Below are positions 31,291-47,958 of a DNA stretch of 64,000 nucleotides, piece after piece. Under the pieces are notes generated by a model, which had not been told where the DNA came from, made no database searches, and saw only the letters and a list, made by a program, of their open reading frames with translations. A program made the translations under genes and the position numbers. How positions within the stretch are numbered: the stretch's first letter is position 1; every line of letters begins with the position of its first letter. The DNA is from the human T2T-CHM13v2.0 reference genome, Homo sapiens, in assembly GCF_009914755.1 (NCBI RefSeq), contig NC_060943.1. The stretch is one strand, 5' to 3'.

Positions 31291-32110
31291 GAGACATTCA
31301 GGCCAGGACGCCTTTCCCCCTTACATTATCTCATGGGATTCTGTTCTTGCTGTAAACCTGCAGGAAGTGAAGTGCTCGGCCTGTATGTCACCTGTGTGAT
31401 GAATGGGTCATGGCCATGAGTGTGCTGGGATTGTGGAGGCAAACTGAAGGTCATCGTCCCTTCCCAGGTGGTAGAAAGTGGGGCCCTGGGATAAGCAGGG
31501 TACTGGCTGGATTCCCGGATCTGTAGCCCTCCTTTGCTGCCGTTTCCACGGCCCTTTGGCATCTTCCTCTCTCCTGCATGAGGGACTGCAGGGCGACGGG
31601 CATCCGCAGCTCCCTCTAGTCGGCAGGAAGTAGGTTCCTGGCTGAGAGAGACTTGGCACCACGGCACATCGCTGCTGATCAGCCTTTATAGAGCCATATG
31701 CATCACTTTAGAGAAAGAAAGGAGAAAAATTAGAGTGGCGGGAAAGCAATTTCCGTTGCAATTTAAAAGGCGGCTATTAAAATTTTATAAGAGCTTTATT
31801 GCAGGGGTTTTCTGATCATCCCAGGAATTTTTAAAATGGGAAGTCTAGTGATAAAGGAAAATGTTCTGGGTGCGTCTGGTTCCCTCCTGCCCTGCCAAGC
31901 ATCTTGAAAACCACCATTGTGAGGGCTTCCTAGACCAGCTTAGCAATAGCAACGGCCCAAGAGGCCATTTCTGAGTGTTTTAAAAGCGTGTTTTTCTGTA
32001 TTTGCTGTTTCTATGTATAGTGACTGTTTCTAATTTTATTTTGTACTTTGCTAAATGGCCTGGTAGGGAGCTATGGGAATCGTCAAGAACAGCAGTTGCC
32101 TCTGCCCTTC

Positions 32111-32690
32111 TGTGTTAGTTGAGAGTCATTTGGTTGTATGAACAAATAGAAATTCAGGTCAAAAGGAAGTCTAAAAGGAAGTGGATGGACACAGGGCCTG
32201 GGAGATTCGGCTTGGAATGGTTTCAGGCAAGGCTGGATCCAGGGCCTGGTGAGGTTGTCAGGACATGTTTCCTTTTACCTCCTGGCTCAGCATTCTTCTG
32301 TGCTGATTTTATTCTCAGGTAGGCTCTGAAGCAGCCCCTAGCAGCTCCACTAGTAGATTCAACCAACTTAGCAGCTCCAAGGGAAATAAACCATCTCTTT
32401 CCCCCATAGTCCCAGTATATATCATGGGGCTGGTGTTTACTGGCTCTGATCATCCTGGCTTTGGTGGCAGGGTCACCCCGGGCCATCTCTGAAGCTGGGA
32501 ACAGGGAAGGTGGTGCAGTGGCTTTTTGGCCAGACTTGGATCATATGACCAGTCCCACCTCCACCCACAACCCATGGGTGGGGTGAGTCCCATAGGACTG
32601 AGTGGGAAAGATGAGGTTCAAGGGGCTGACTGAGGAAGAGAAATAGATGCAGGGTGGGTCAAAGCAACCGACGCCTGGAACCCCTTCCCA
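32111..32690 (-). mobile_element. Ancient LTR (LTR33/MLT1-like)
   Basis: TGTGTTAGTTGAGAGTCATTTGGTTG...TTCAGGCAAGGCTGGATCCAGGG. Confidence 0.6.
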
Positions 32691-32784
32691 TACTAACTTC
32701 ACGAAGCTGAATCTGCCCCCACACTCCCCAGTTGTTCTTTTCCCTTGGAAGCTGCTCCGCCTTTACCTTCTTTCGGGTCTCGTT

Positions 32785-33468
<684 letters not shown>

Positions 33469-33777
33469 TGGGCTTCTCCAGGAACCCCAGGGGAATGATC
33501 ATTGAAGTTGTCCTGATTCCTGGACCCTGGGGTGTTAGCTAGCTGCTTGCTAGGCTTCCTTCCTGGGAGATTCCTGGAGGAGCTGACCGGCCTTTGAGGT
33601 TGGCGGGGATATTTGGGTAGCATTTGGACATTATGGTATTGGGGAAGTGGAGCAGGGAGGTGTTGCCAGCCCACTGCCTTCATTGACCATTGTGACAGAG
33701 TGTGGTCTAGCCAGGTGGTCAGAAACAGACTCTGGGACCAGGTTGCTGGGTTCACATCCTGGCTGTATATAGTACAC

Positions 33778-33917
33778 TTTTTTTTTTTTTTTAAACAGGG
33801 TCTTGCTATGTTGCCCAGGCTGGTCTTGAACTTCTGAGCTCAAATGATCCTCCCATCTTAGCCTCCTGAGTAGCTGGGACTATAGGCTTAGTGGGACTAT
33901 AGACCACTGTGCCTAGC
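33778..33917 (-). mobile_element. Alu monomer (FLAM-like) inside a MIR (about 33705-34100)
   Basis: Single arm; TSD-like TAGTA(C/T)ACTTTT. Confidence 0.8.
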
Positions 33918-34709
33918 TTAGTATACTTTTGACTGACTGGGCAACCTCAGCTAGTGGGTCCCTTATGAATTCTGTGCCTCAGTTTCCTCATCTGTAACAT
34001 GAAAGTAATAATAGTATCTTCTTCTTGGGTGATCGGGAGAGTGAAATGAGTCAGCACTTGTCTGCTAGGACAGAGCCGGCACATTGGGAGGGATTGTTAT
34101 TAGTGAATGGCCATTGCATATAGGACAGCTCTAGACCCTCTCAGCTCTCATCTCCTGACTTAGTGCCCAGCCTCTGCCGGTGCCCAGAATGTGATGCTGA
34201 ACAATACAGACAGTGCCTTCTCCGCCTGGAGACATTCATTCATCCATGGAATATTCACTTAAATATAAACAAGCATACTAAATATTCAAAGGCATAAATT
34301 AATAATATAAAGTTCCAAACCAGGACAAGTATGATTTCTCTGTCATTCCTCTGCTCACAGTTGTCTGAGGAAATGTCCTTAGAATAGCCCTTCATCTGTC
34401 CCCCCTGCCACCGCTTGCCCCTCACTCACCCCGTGCCAGCTCCATGGGCCTCCTGACTGCTCCTGAGATGCTCCACATCTGCTCCTGCCCTCTGGAAGGC
34501 TCTTTCCCAGGTAGTCACATGATCTGTGGTCTCATGTATTCACATCTCTGTCCCCTCGTCCGGGAGGCCTTCCCCGAGCTCTCCGTTTAAGGTCACAGTC
34601 CCATCACTATGGCGTCACCCCGCTAGGTTTCATCAAGGTTCCACTCTGTGACTTTGTATTGTGTATTTGTTTATTGTCCTCCTCCCCTACTAGAATGTCT
34701 GCTCTCTGA

Positions 34710-35069
<360 letters not shown>

Positions 35070-35179
35070 TGTTCAGTAAATACTTGTTGAAAGAGTGAAT
35101 ATGTGACTGACAGCTGGGTATTACTGCAGGAAGGCTTAAGTTGGCCAGAGACCTAACCTCTTCTTTTTCCTCCATGTAG

Positions 35180-35247
35180 ATGCACAGTCTCTGACATCAG
35201 CTCTCCTGGGACCCTCCAAGAGCACTAGTGTCTAGAAGGCACTAAGG
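35180..35247 (+). other. SIPA1L3: Non-coding (5'UTR-type) internal exon, 68 nt
   Basis: Branch point CCTAAC 35152-35157, tract CTCTTCTTTTTCCTCC, acceptor TAG ending 35179, donor AGG|GTGAGT at 35248; stop codons in all three frames; unique sequence. The exon call comes from the sequence; the gene symbol is tentative. Confidence 0.65.
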
Positions 35248-35695
35248 GTGAGTAAGGCGTGGCTGCTGGTTTGCTTAGAATTTTACAACTCATACACATA
35301 TTATTTTTTTTAAAATTTTAAAAAAAGAGTATCAAGGGAAAAATGAAAGTTTGCATCGCTGTACTTCTGTCACCCGCAAGCCTAACGTCTACCCCAGAGG
35401 TAATTACTGTCAGTCACTGGCTGGGTGCCCTGCCAGACCTTTTCCCATACACAAACATTCCTACATGCACATATACACACTTATTTTGGTTCGTTGTGTG
35501 AGAAAAAGGAACCAGGCTATGCAGTGCTTCTTGGCTTGCTTCCACCATCCCCAATAATAGTATGTTTTGAAGATCTTTGCTCATGAGCATACCTCAGCAT
35601 ATCATACATTTCATATACTTTTATTTTTTCTTTACTTTTTAATTCAATTTTTAAACTTTACATAGAGTAAAACCCTCTTTTGGTATATAGTTCTT

Positions 35696-36244
<549 letters not shown>

Positions 36245-36370
36245 GGTATACAGTTCTTTGAATGGAGACAGATGTAGACAGTTGTGAAACTGCCACCACG
36301 ATCAAGATTCAGAGCAGCCCCACCGCCCCACTATGTGAATGTACTGGTTTCTCTGTTGGTTAAAAATATG

Positions 36371-36640
36371 AGCCAGGTGTGGTGGCTCACACCTGTAATC
36401 CCAGCACTTTGAGAGGCTGAGGCTCGAGGATCGATTGAGCCCAGGTGCTGGAGACCAGCCTGGGCAACAAAGTGAGACCCTGTCTCTACAAAAAATACAA
36501 AAATTAGCTGGGCGTGGTGATGCACACTTGTAGTTCCAGCTACACTGGGGCTAAAGTGGAGGGTCACCTGAACCGGTGGAGGTCAAGGCTGCTGTGAGAC
36601 CCTGTCTCAAAAAAACCTAAAAATTTAAATAAATAAATAA
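36371..36640 (+). mobile_element. Alu (AluJ-like) with right-arm deletion
   Basis: Dimer; tail decays to (TAAA)/(TACA)n. Confidence 0.87.
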
Positions 36641-37204
36641 ATACATACATACATACACATGTATGGCATGGGTAATGGGTATTTACACATATTTTATATA
36701 TATATATGTGGCAAATACATATATATATATATATAGCAAATACTTACCTGTGCTATATAGGTTTTGAATATGTTATGTTTAGGTTTCTGGGTTGGGTTTG
36801 GGTTGGTTTGCTAGTGAACATTCTCTCTTGTTTCTGTGGGTGGGTTCTAAGCAGTGGCATGGGCCCCCAGCTGCATGTCATTTCAGTTTGCAGTGACGCC
36901 TTCCTGGACGATTCCCAGCTTTGTTGGGAGGGGCCATTGTCTGATCCTTGAAGAACCAAGAGACCATAACAGTGTGGGAGGTGGAAGGGGGAGGATTGTG
37001 GCATTCAGACCCTGGATGCAGGTAGCCGTGTCGGCCAAGCTGCGGGAACTGAGTGGCTGTGGATGGAGTTTCTCTCTCCTGGATGTTTAGTGGGTCTCAT
37101 CACATTCCCTCATCCTGGCAGTCTTGCCTGGGTACCTGAAGCTTGTGTGTGGGACAGTTGCTAGGGGCCAGATTTCTGTCAAAGGATGCTTCCTGGCACA
37201 ATTC

Positions 37205-38330
<1,126 letters not shown>

Positions 38331-38638
38331 GCACATTCCTTTTTCATGTGATAAAAGCTCCCAAGTTCCAAGTAAATTCCTAGCATTGCCTCTCACACAG
38401 CAGGAAGAACGGCACTTTTCCTACGTGGTAACCAGGGCCTTAGGGAACTTGGAAAGAACATGAACAGGTTTCGTTTGTTCATTCATTTATTTTCCTTCAC
38501 TCAGCAAATATGCATTTGAGCACCTACTATCTGCTTCTAGGCACTAGGGATTCAGGAATGAAAAAACAAACTCCTTACCTTAAGGGAACGGACATCCTAC
38601 TGGAGAATAAAACAGTAAACAGATAAAAAGTGAATATA

Positions 38639-38950
38639 GGGCTGGGCACGGTGGCTCACACCTGTAATCCCAACACCTTTGGGAGGCCAAGGTGGGCGGG
38701 TCACTTGCGGTCAGGAGTTCAAGACCAGCCTGGCCAACATGGTGGCCGTCTCTACTAAACCCCGTCTCTACTAAAAATACAAAAAAATTAGCCAACCGTG
38801 GTGGCACACACCTGTAATCCTAGCTACTTGAGAGGCTGAGGTGGGAGGATCGCTTGAACCCAGAGGCAGAGGTGGCAGTGAGCTGAGGTTGCGCCACTGC
38901 ACTCCAGCCTGGGCAACAGAGCGAGACTCGGTCTCAAAAAAAAAAAAAGA
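38639..38950 (+). mobile_element. Alu (AluS-like) inside an antisense L2 (about 38470-39120)
   Basis: TSD AAGTGAATATAGG; internal duplication of GTCTCTACTAAA. Confidence 0.92.
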
Positions 38951-39490
38951 AGTGAATATAGGATAAGTTGGATGTATATAGTGTACATAGGATGTATATA
39001 GGAGTATATAGTGATGAATAAAGCAGGGAAGGGGACTGGCCTCACAGGGCAATTTTCGGACAAGGTGGCCAAGGAAGGCCTCTCTGAGGAGGCCCTGAAT
39101 AGAGGAGGGAGTGAGGCGGTCCCCAGCCTAATTCATCCACAGCCATCCGGGAGATCACAGTCAAATCATCTCCCTTCTGAACACAGTTTCTGTGAAAAGG
39201 AAATGTGTTCCCTCTCCAAGGGGCAGCCCTGCTCAGCTGGAGCCAGTCTTATCCCTGAGTATTGCCAGATCTGATGTTCCCCGCAATAGAAAAGGAAAGT
39301 GAAAAATTTTTTGCCAGTCCATTGAACCCAAATTATGCAACGTCAGATAATGAATGACTGTGACTATGTTTTGTTTTCATTGTGTTTATTTTTTAAGTTT
39401 GCTTTTCTTTGTAGCAAAAGATAGCAATTTTTCATTTTTAGTGGTGATATGGATTCTTTTTAAATATATAAAGCTTGAACATCACTTGAG

Positions 39491-39750
39491 GGCTGGGTGC
39501 AGTGGCTCACTCTATAATCCCAGCTCTTTGGGAGGTCAAGGCAGGAGAATCACTTGAGGCCAAGAGTTTAAGACCAGCCTGGGCAGCAGAGTGAGACTCC
39601 ATCTCTACAAAAAATGTTTTAAATAGCCAGGCTTGGTGGCATGCACCTGTAGTCCCAGGAACTCGGACGGCTATGGCAGGAGGATCACTTGCGCCCAGGA
39701 GGTCGAGGCCATGCTACTGTACTCCAGCCCCGGGCAATAGAGCGAGAGAG
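39491..39750 (+). mobile_element. Alu (AluJ-like) in a hAT-Charlie-like remnant (about 39350-39870)
   Basis: Diverged dimer. Confidence 0.85.
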
Positions 39751-39757
39751 ATACGTA

Positions 39758-39788
<31 letters not shown>

Positions 39789-39793
39789 ATGTA
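39751..39793. repeat. (TG)n microsatellite
   Basis: Alternating TG/TA run. Confidence 0.9.
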
Positions 39794-40344
39794 AATAATT
39801 GTACAGATGGGGAGTAGATACAGCTGAAAAGGAAGGGTGGAACACAGCGACTGGGCTTGGTAAGCACTGTATGGCTCAGCCACCCACTGTTTTTCCTCTG
39901 GGTCAGGGGTTCTCAGCAGCGGGCCTGAGCTGAAATTGGCAAACAATTACCATGGGTGTGCGCCTTGAGCCATTTGCATCATGGTATGTGCATTCGGCCA
40001 GGAATGTCTTCAAGTTTCAGGAACAGAAACCCCCGCTCACTGCAGCTTGATTGAATGAGGGCTTATTTCTCGCTCACAACAGCACACCTGGAGGTGCTTG
40101 GCTGCCAGTGTTAGTTTGGTGGCTGGGCAGTGTCAGGGCAGAGCCGCTTTGATTCTCTTGATCTTTCCCCTCATGGACACATCGCTCCTGCTGCCATGTC
40201 GCATAGCCTCCCCTAGCTCCAAGGAAGGTGGCAAATGTTATTTAACTTTTCAGCCTTTCCTGAGGAGGAAGCCAGAGAAAAAATGAATTGAGAGTATCTG
40301 TTGGGGTGGCCAGCCAGCACTGCCTGGTTTCATGGGGAAGGAAA

Positions 40345-40580
40345 AGCAGTAATAATGAACATTAATGGGTGCTGACTCTGTGCCAAGCCCTGCCGTAAGC
40401 GCCTCACGTGCATGATCTCATTCAGTTCTTGTAACTACCCTAAGACGTCACTGCTGTGATATCCCCATGGTAATGATGAGGAAACTGAGGCACGAGTGGT
40501 GAAGCTGCCTGCCAGGTAGAGGAGCTGGGACAGGGAGGCATGCAGCCTGGGTCCAGGGCCCCTGTTCTTAGCCACTACAC
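40345..40580 (-). mobile_element. MIR
   Basis: ATGAGGAAACTGAGGCAC core. Confidence 0.7.
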
Positions 40581-41794
40581 TTTGTTGCCTCATAAGAGGT
40601 CCGGGGGTGCGGGGGGTGGGGTACAGGGGACCAGGCTGCTCACTGTCTGGCCTGGGTTTAAATTCTTCCAGCAAGGGCAGAGCCCAGCAGTGTGTTTTGC
40701 TTTGGGGAAGTTGTGATCATTAAAAAACTGTCTTCTGAATCACATCCGCCCCTGTGTAACTAACTACCTCCCACTGGTTCAGGTCTAGTCCTCGGGAGAG
40801 CACCAGCTGCACGTCTTATTCCTGGCAGCCCTGCAGGGACTTACAAGTGGCTGAGGGAACCCCTCTTGGCCTCCCTTTTTCCAAACTATACCTGTGCTTT
40901 TAGTTATTCTTCCCAGGATGAGCCTTCTAGCCTTTTCTTTCTCTGGAGGTCTGCTGGTTGATTGCGCACACATTTGATATGCGCCTCCCCTGCCCGTCCC
41001 TGTAGAGTAGTGGGGATGCAGTGGTGACTGGACCAGCCTCATGGCTGGGTGGCTCTGCCCTCATGCGGCTCCCCATCCGGTGAGGGAAGCAGACCTTCAG
41101 ACCCCAGAGTGGTCAGGTCTGTGATCGGGGAAGCCCAGGGGAGTGGGAACCCAGTGGAGGTGCCTAACCCAGCCTAGGGGTCAAAGAGGGCTCCTGGAAG
41201 CAGCTTTTGGGCTTTGGAGGTGGAATAGAGATTCATCAAGGGGCCGTTTCTACCATCTTCTCCACCTGCCTTTCTTCAGTGAAACTCTCACGACAGCTCT
41301 CCTTTCTGAACTTCTGTTTCCCTCCTCAGTAAAATGAAAGATTCAGACTTGGGTCTCCATCCATCCTTCCAACCAACCATCATTGATTGGGCACCTCCCA
41401 TGTTCCTGCTCCTCTTGCTGGGCACGAGGCTTACCCTGGTATACAGTATGTTGGGAAGTTCTGCAGGTAAACAACCCAGAGTGATAAGAGTTCTAATAGG
41501 GGAAGCCACGGGGCTGTGGGAACCCCAAGAAGGCACCTAACGGTGACTTGGAGTTTGGGGACAGGCTTCTCCAGGGAGATGAAAGCAAAAATGGGTTGAC
41601 ACGGTGGCCAAGAGCACAGCTTTCCGGAATCCAGCTGACCTGGGGTCTAGTCATAGCTGAGCCCGTGACTAGCCCTAAATGGGCAGCTTAACTGTGGGTG
41701 CTTCCATTTTCTCCCAAGGTGGTTGTAAGGATTAAGATGGGATTATGAATTTCAAGTACCTAGGACAGTACCTGGCACGAGAAGTCGCATAATA

Positions 41795-41882
41795 GATGAT
41801 AATGAGATGATGATGATGAGATGATGGTGGTGGCGGTGGTGGAGGTGGTGATGATGATAATGAGGAGGAGGAGGATGGTGGC
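41795..41882. repeat. Mixed (GAT)n/(GGT)n/(GAG)n trinucleotide repeat
   Basis: GATGATGATGAT...GGTGGTGGCGGTGGTGGAGGT...GAGGAGGAGGAG. Confidence 0.85.
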
Positions 41883-42754
41883 AGCTTGCATTCATTAGCC
41901 CTTACTGCATGTTGGAGGTTAGGTGGCTTAGTAACAGCCTATAAGATAATAAGCGTGAGCTGCTGCTGTTGTGATTATTCATTCACCAGACATGTGAGGG
42001 GTCGCCCTGCACCCAGCCCTGAGCTGGCACAGGCCTAGGTGTAGCAGGACTGTGTTCTGGGAGCAGAGCTCATACAGCGAAAGCCTGGGCCAGGAATTTC
42101 ATGGGCCAAGTTGGGAGTTTCTTTGGTGTGTGTTGGAGACCCATGGCTCCTGGCCTCCTGGTCCCCTTTCTTGTTCATTCCTGAGACTTTTCAGCACTGG
42201 CCTCAAGAGTGTAGGCTGCCCTTGACCTCTGTGGCCAGAACGCATGGATGCTCTGCTCAGCCCATCAGCCAAGCCCCAAATTAGACCTGACAGTGTGATT
42301 TATTCTCTGGGATGGAGCCGGGAGGGCACAGCCCCAGTGGGTGATTCGGAGGGAAGGCTGTCAGCCCGAATTAGCCCAGACCTTTCATGCAGCCTTGCTG
42401 GTTCAGCTTCCTCTGGCTAAGAGGGTTTTCCAGGGTGTTGCTGGCTTCAGCACTGCCTCCTTCCCCGTCCCCAGGGACGGACACTTGGCTGTGATCCCTA
42501 AGGAGCGTGTGTCCCGAGGGCTGCCCAGGCAGGCCCTGTCTGAAGGCAGTGGAGGCTTTGGGTCGTTTCATCTGCCCCCTCAGGAGCACAGAGTCGCAGC
42601 TCCGTGGAGTGCTTGGCCCATTCCCCGCTTCTGTTCTTTCACTGAGTTCCGTGCTGGGTGGCTGGTGGCCGTTTCCCTGCTCCACACCTTCCGGTCGGTG
42701 ATCACAGTGTCTCTGTTTTCTAGCTGCCTTCATTCATTCACAGGAATGCCTCTG

Positions 42755-43110
42755 ATGGGCGAGTTTCTGCTGCAGTAACAAATTAACCCTGAAATCCTAG
42801 AGGTTGGACACAACAGATGTCCATTTCTTACTTGTGACATGGGCAGGTCAGGTGGGAGGGCTTAACCTTGTACCTCAGGGACCCAGGCTGACAGGAGCTC
42901 CCCCCACTCCCCCCATCCCGGCCTGCCCCTGTCTTGGAGCCTCACAGGCTGCAGAGACACCACAGCAGAAGGGGACGGAGAGGTGCACAGCAGCACTTAG
43001 ATGCCGAGGCCCAGAAGCCACGTGTTCACTTCCACCTGCACCCAGAACTGTCACACGGTCCTGCCTAACTACAAGGGACTAGAAATACGATACTCAGTGA
43101 GCAGTAACTC
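42755..43110 (-). mobile_element. Ancient MaLR LTR (MLT1-like)
   Basis: TGCTGCAGTAACAAA...CCTAACTACAAGGG. Confidence 0.55.
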
Positions 43111-43129
43111 TCATAGCCACAGTGGACTG

Positions 43130-43850
43130 GTGGGGTATTTATGCAGCACCTACTGTGTGCCAGGCCTTCTCAGGGCTCTAGAAATGCAGAGGTGTCCCCC
43201 CGCCTTCCTGGAGCTCATAGTTTAGTGGTGGAAACAGAATTGAAGTAATTACAGCAACAGCTGTGTGATTATGTCTGCACTAAGTGCTCTGGCAGAGGAG
43301 CCCAGAGGGCCGTGACAGCATATCTGAGAGCCCGGACATGTCTTGAGAGGTCAGGGAACGTGTCATAAGGACTGACGTTTGGGAGGAGGCCTGAAGGATA
43401 AGTAGACCTTCCCCCAGTGGGGGCGAGGAATGGGGAGAGAGTCCCTGGTAGAGGGAACCGCATCAGCAGAGCTCCGGACGTGGGAAGGAGCTTGACTCTG
43501 CGAAGGAACTGGAAGAAGACCTGTGTAACTGCAGGGTCAAGAGCTGGGAGAGGTAGGTGGGGGCAGATGGTGCCGGGTCTGGCTGGCGGTGAGGAGGAGG
43601 CTGGGACTTGGAACACCTGCCTTTTGGAGCTGTTGAAAGAATCAAATGAGCTCAGTCATTCTCTTAACAAATGCTGAGTTCCCACTCTTTGGCAGGGGGT
43701 GTTCCAGCAGTGAACAAGACGACAAATATCCCTGTTCTCAGAGCTGGCATTCGAGGAGCGGGACACAGGCAATGAACCAGGCAGATACATAGGATAATTT
43801 TTACCTGGTGAAAAAAACTGCTGACCAGTAAATAGAGTAAAACAATAAGG
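43130..43850 (-). mobile_element. L2 fragments
   Basis: TATTTATGCAGCACCTACTGTGTGCCAGGC...GGTCAGGGAA...GGTAGAGGGAACCGCA. Confidence 0.65.
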
Positions 43851-44392
43851 AGCGTATGGATTGGAGGCTTTTGGCTCCAGGTAACGGCAACCCCCATTCA
43901 TGCAGACTTAAGCAGTCAGGCCCCCCACCTCCAAGTCTGAGGGTTCTTTGGACCCTGTGAGCTGGTGACACAGCAGCTCAACAATAGCCTGGGGGACTGT
44001 CTGTCACGGTGCCTTCATCTTAAAGCAGGCACCTTCCATGGTCAGAGGATGGCAGGTAGGGATGCCCTGGGCAGTGTCAGGGCAGGTAGCGGGAGATTTT
44101 TCAAACTCTGCATGTCCCAAGGATCTGCCACTAGCGTGCCTTGGTGACAGTGAATTATAGAAGCCAGTGTGAGAGTAAGGAGGAAGCTGTTGCTCTAGTC
44201 TAGGCTGGAGATGCCAGAGGATGGGGCCAGGGTAAGGAGCATGGAGGGAGAGGAGGGGGCAGGTTCTGGGTACGGTTTGGAGGTAGAGTGGACAGGACTT
44301 GCTAATGGCATGGCTGCTGGAAAGGAGTTCTGAGCAGACACACACAGATGTCCACTGTGCACTGTATCTTCCTCATGTAAAAGTCATGTGCA

Positions 44393-44690
44393 GGCCAGAC
44401 GAGGTGGCTCATTCCTGTAATCCCAGCACTTTGGGAGGCCCAGGTGAGCAGATCACCTGTCAGGAGTTCGAGACCAGCCTGGCCAGCATGGTGAAACCCC
44501 ATCTCTACTAAAAATACAAAAATTAGCCAGGCATGGTGGTGGGCGCTTGTAATCCCAGCTGCTCAGGAGGCTGAGGCAGGGAGAATTGCTTGAACTCAGG
44601 AGGCAGAGGTTGCAGTGAGCCAAGATCACGTCACTGCACTGTAGCCTGGGTGACAGCGAGACTCCGTCTCAAAAAAAAAAAAAAAAAAAA
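44393..44690 (+). mobile_element. Alu (AluS-like)
   Basis: Perfect TSD AAAAGTCATGTGCA. Confidence 0.93.
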
Positions 44691-44953
44691 GTCATGTGCA
44701 TGTTACAGTCTGAGAAATCCTACAGGAAAGAAACCCGCTTCTTTGACTATGGAGCACTTTTCTTTTTGAAAGACACCCAGGAACATCTTCTACAGTGTAA
44801 TTTGGAAAATGTTTAATAATGATTCCCATCCTTGCTGTACATTAGAATTATGTTGGCAACTTTAAGAAATCCCAAGGCCTGGGTCTCACCCTTGACCAAT
44901 TCAGTTAGAGTTACTGAGCGACATTATAAAGCTGTATTATTTGTTTGCATTTC

Positions 44954-45266
44954 TTTAATTTTTTAATTTTAATTTTTATTTTTTGGAGACACAGTCTCAC
45001 TTTGTCGCCCAGGCTGGAGTGCAGTGGCACAATCTTGGCTCACCACAACCTCCGCCTCCGAGGTTCAAGCAATTCTTATACCTCAGCCTCCTGAGTAGCT
45101 GGACCACAGGCGTGCACCACCACGCCTGGCTAATTTTTTGTATTTTAGTAGAGACAAGCTTTCACCATGTTGCCCAGGGTGGTCTCGAACTCCTGAGCTC
45201 AGACAATCCACCTGCCTTGGCCTCCCAAAGTGCTAGGATTACAGGCATGAGCCACCTTGCCTAGCC
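44954..45266 (-). mobile_element. Alu (AluS-like)
   Basis: Antisense dimer; TSD TGCATTTCT. Confidence 0.92.
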
Positions 45267-45495
45267 TGCATTTCTGATTATCAAAGTAATGCTTGTTTGT
45301 TGTTTAAAAAAAGAAATCAAAGGACCCATAATGCCCCAAGATAATCACTTTTATGAGCTGGTGTGTGTCTTCCAGATTTTTTTCAACACTTGTACCTAAA
45401 AAATACCATACGTGCCCCAAAACAAAGTGGTTCGATAGCTTTCCAAAGAGATGAAAAAAAGTTTGCCAGCGGGGGGTGGGGGTGGTGGGGGTGGG

Positions 45496-46238
<743 letters not shown>

Positions 46239-46472
46239 TCACATGTCATAAAACAGTGTTAGTCACACTTTTCACAGACATCCTTATTACAAGAGTCACT
46301 TTTTGAGTCATCTACACGTATTTCCAGAGTACGCTGTCTCCACGTCCATCTGAAGCATTTGTGATGTGGCACCCCTTGAATTTGTGTATGTTGTCACTGG
46401 AAACTGTATCCCAACACTCAGGAAGCCATTCCTCTACCATTAGACAGTTTTTTTTTTTAATGCCCCTTTTAG

Positions 46473-46555
46473 GAATTGGTGATCTCTACAGCCACTCACT
46501 GTTAGGTTTTTTTAAAAAACCAACTCAGATGTTTAAGGACAGTTACTGAACATGG
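46473..46555 (+). other. Candidate 83-nt exon
   Basis: T-rich tract ...GCCCCTTTTAG acceptor ending 46472; donor ATGG|GTAAGT at 46556. Confidence 0.3.
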
Positions 46556-46797
46556 GTAAGTGTCTGAGTAAACGTGAACATATAAAAGTGGTTATATAAT
46601 CGCCTGTTTGTGAGTCAATCAGACTCATCATTCCAGTGCGAATAATAAATGACAACTTAGGAAAATTTCTCCATGTTCTTTCTTCCCCCACAGTGGCACT
46701 TTGCTTTGAGACAGTTTTCAGTGCTATATTACACATCCTTTTTTTAAAAAAAATTCAAAATTCTAGTTGAAATGCCCCATTTAAGAGTTTCAACTGA

Positions 46798-47143
<346 letters not shown>

Positions 47144-47167
47144 CCTATCGTGCTTTTTAAAGGAACC

Positions 47168-47958
<791 letters not shown>

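Noticed and set aside
41795-41882. Possible acidic/Gly-rich coding repeat
   Set aside because: Sits between MIR tails, has no splice signals, and is a simple trinucleotide expansion.
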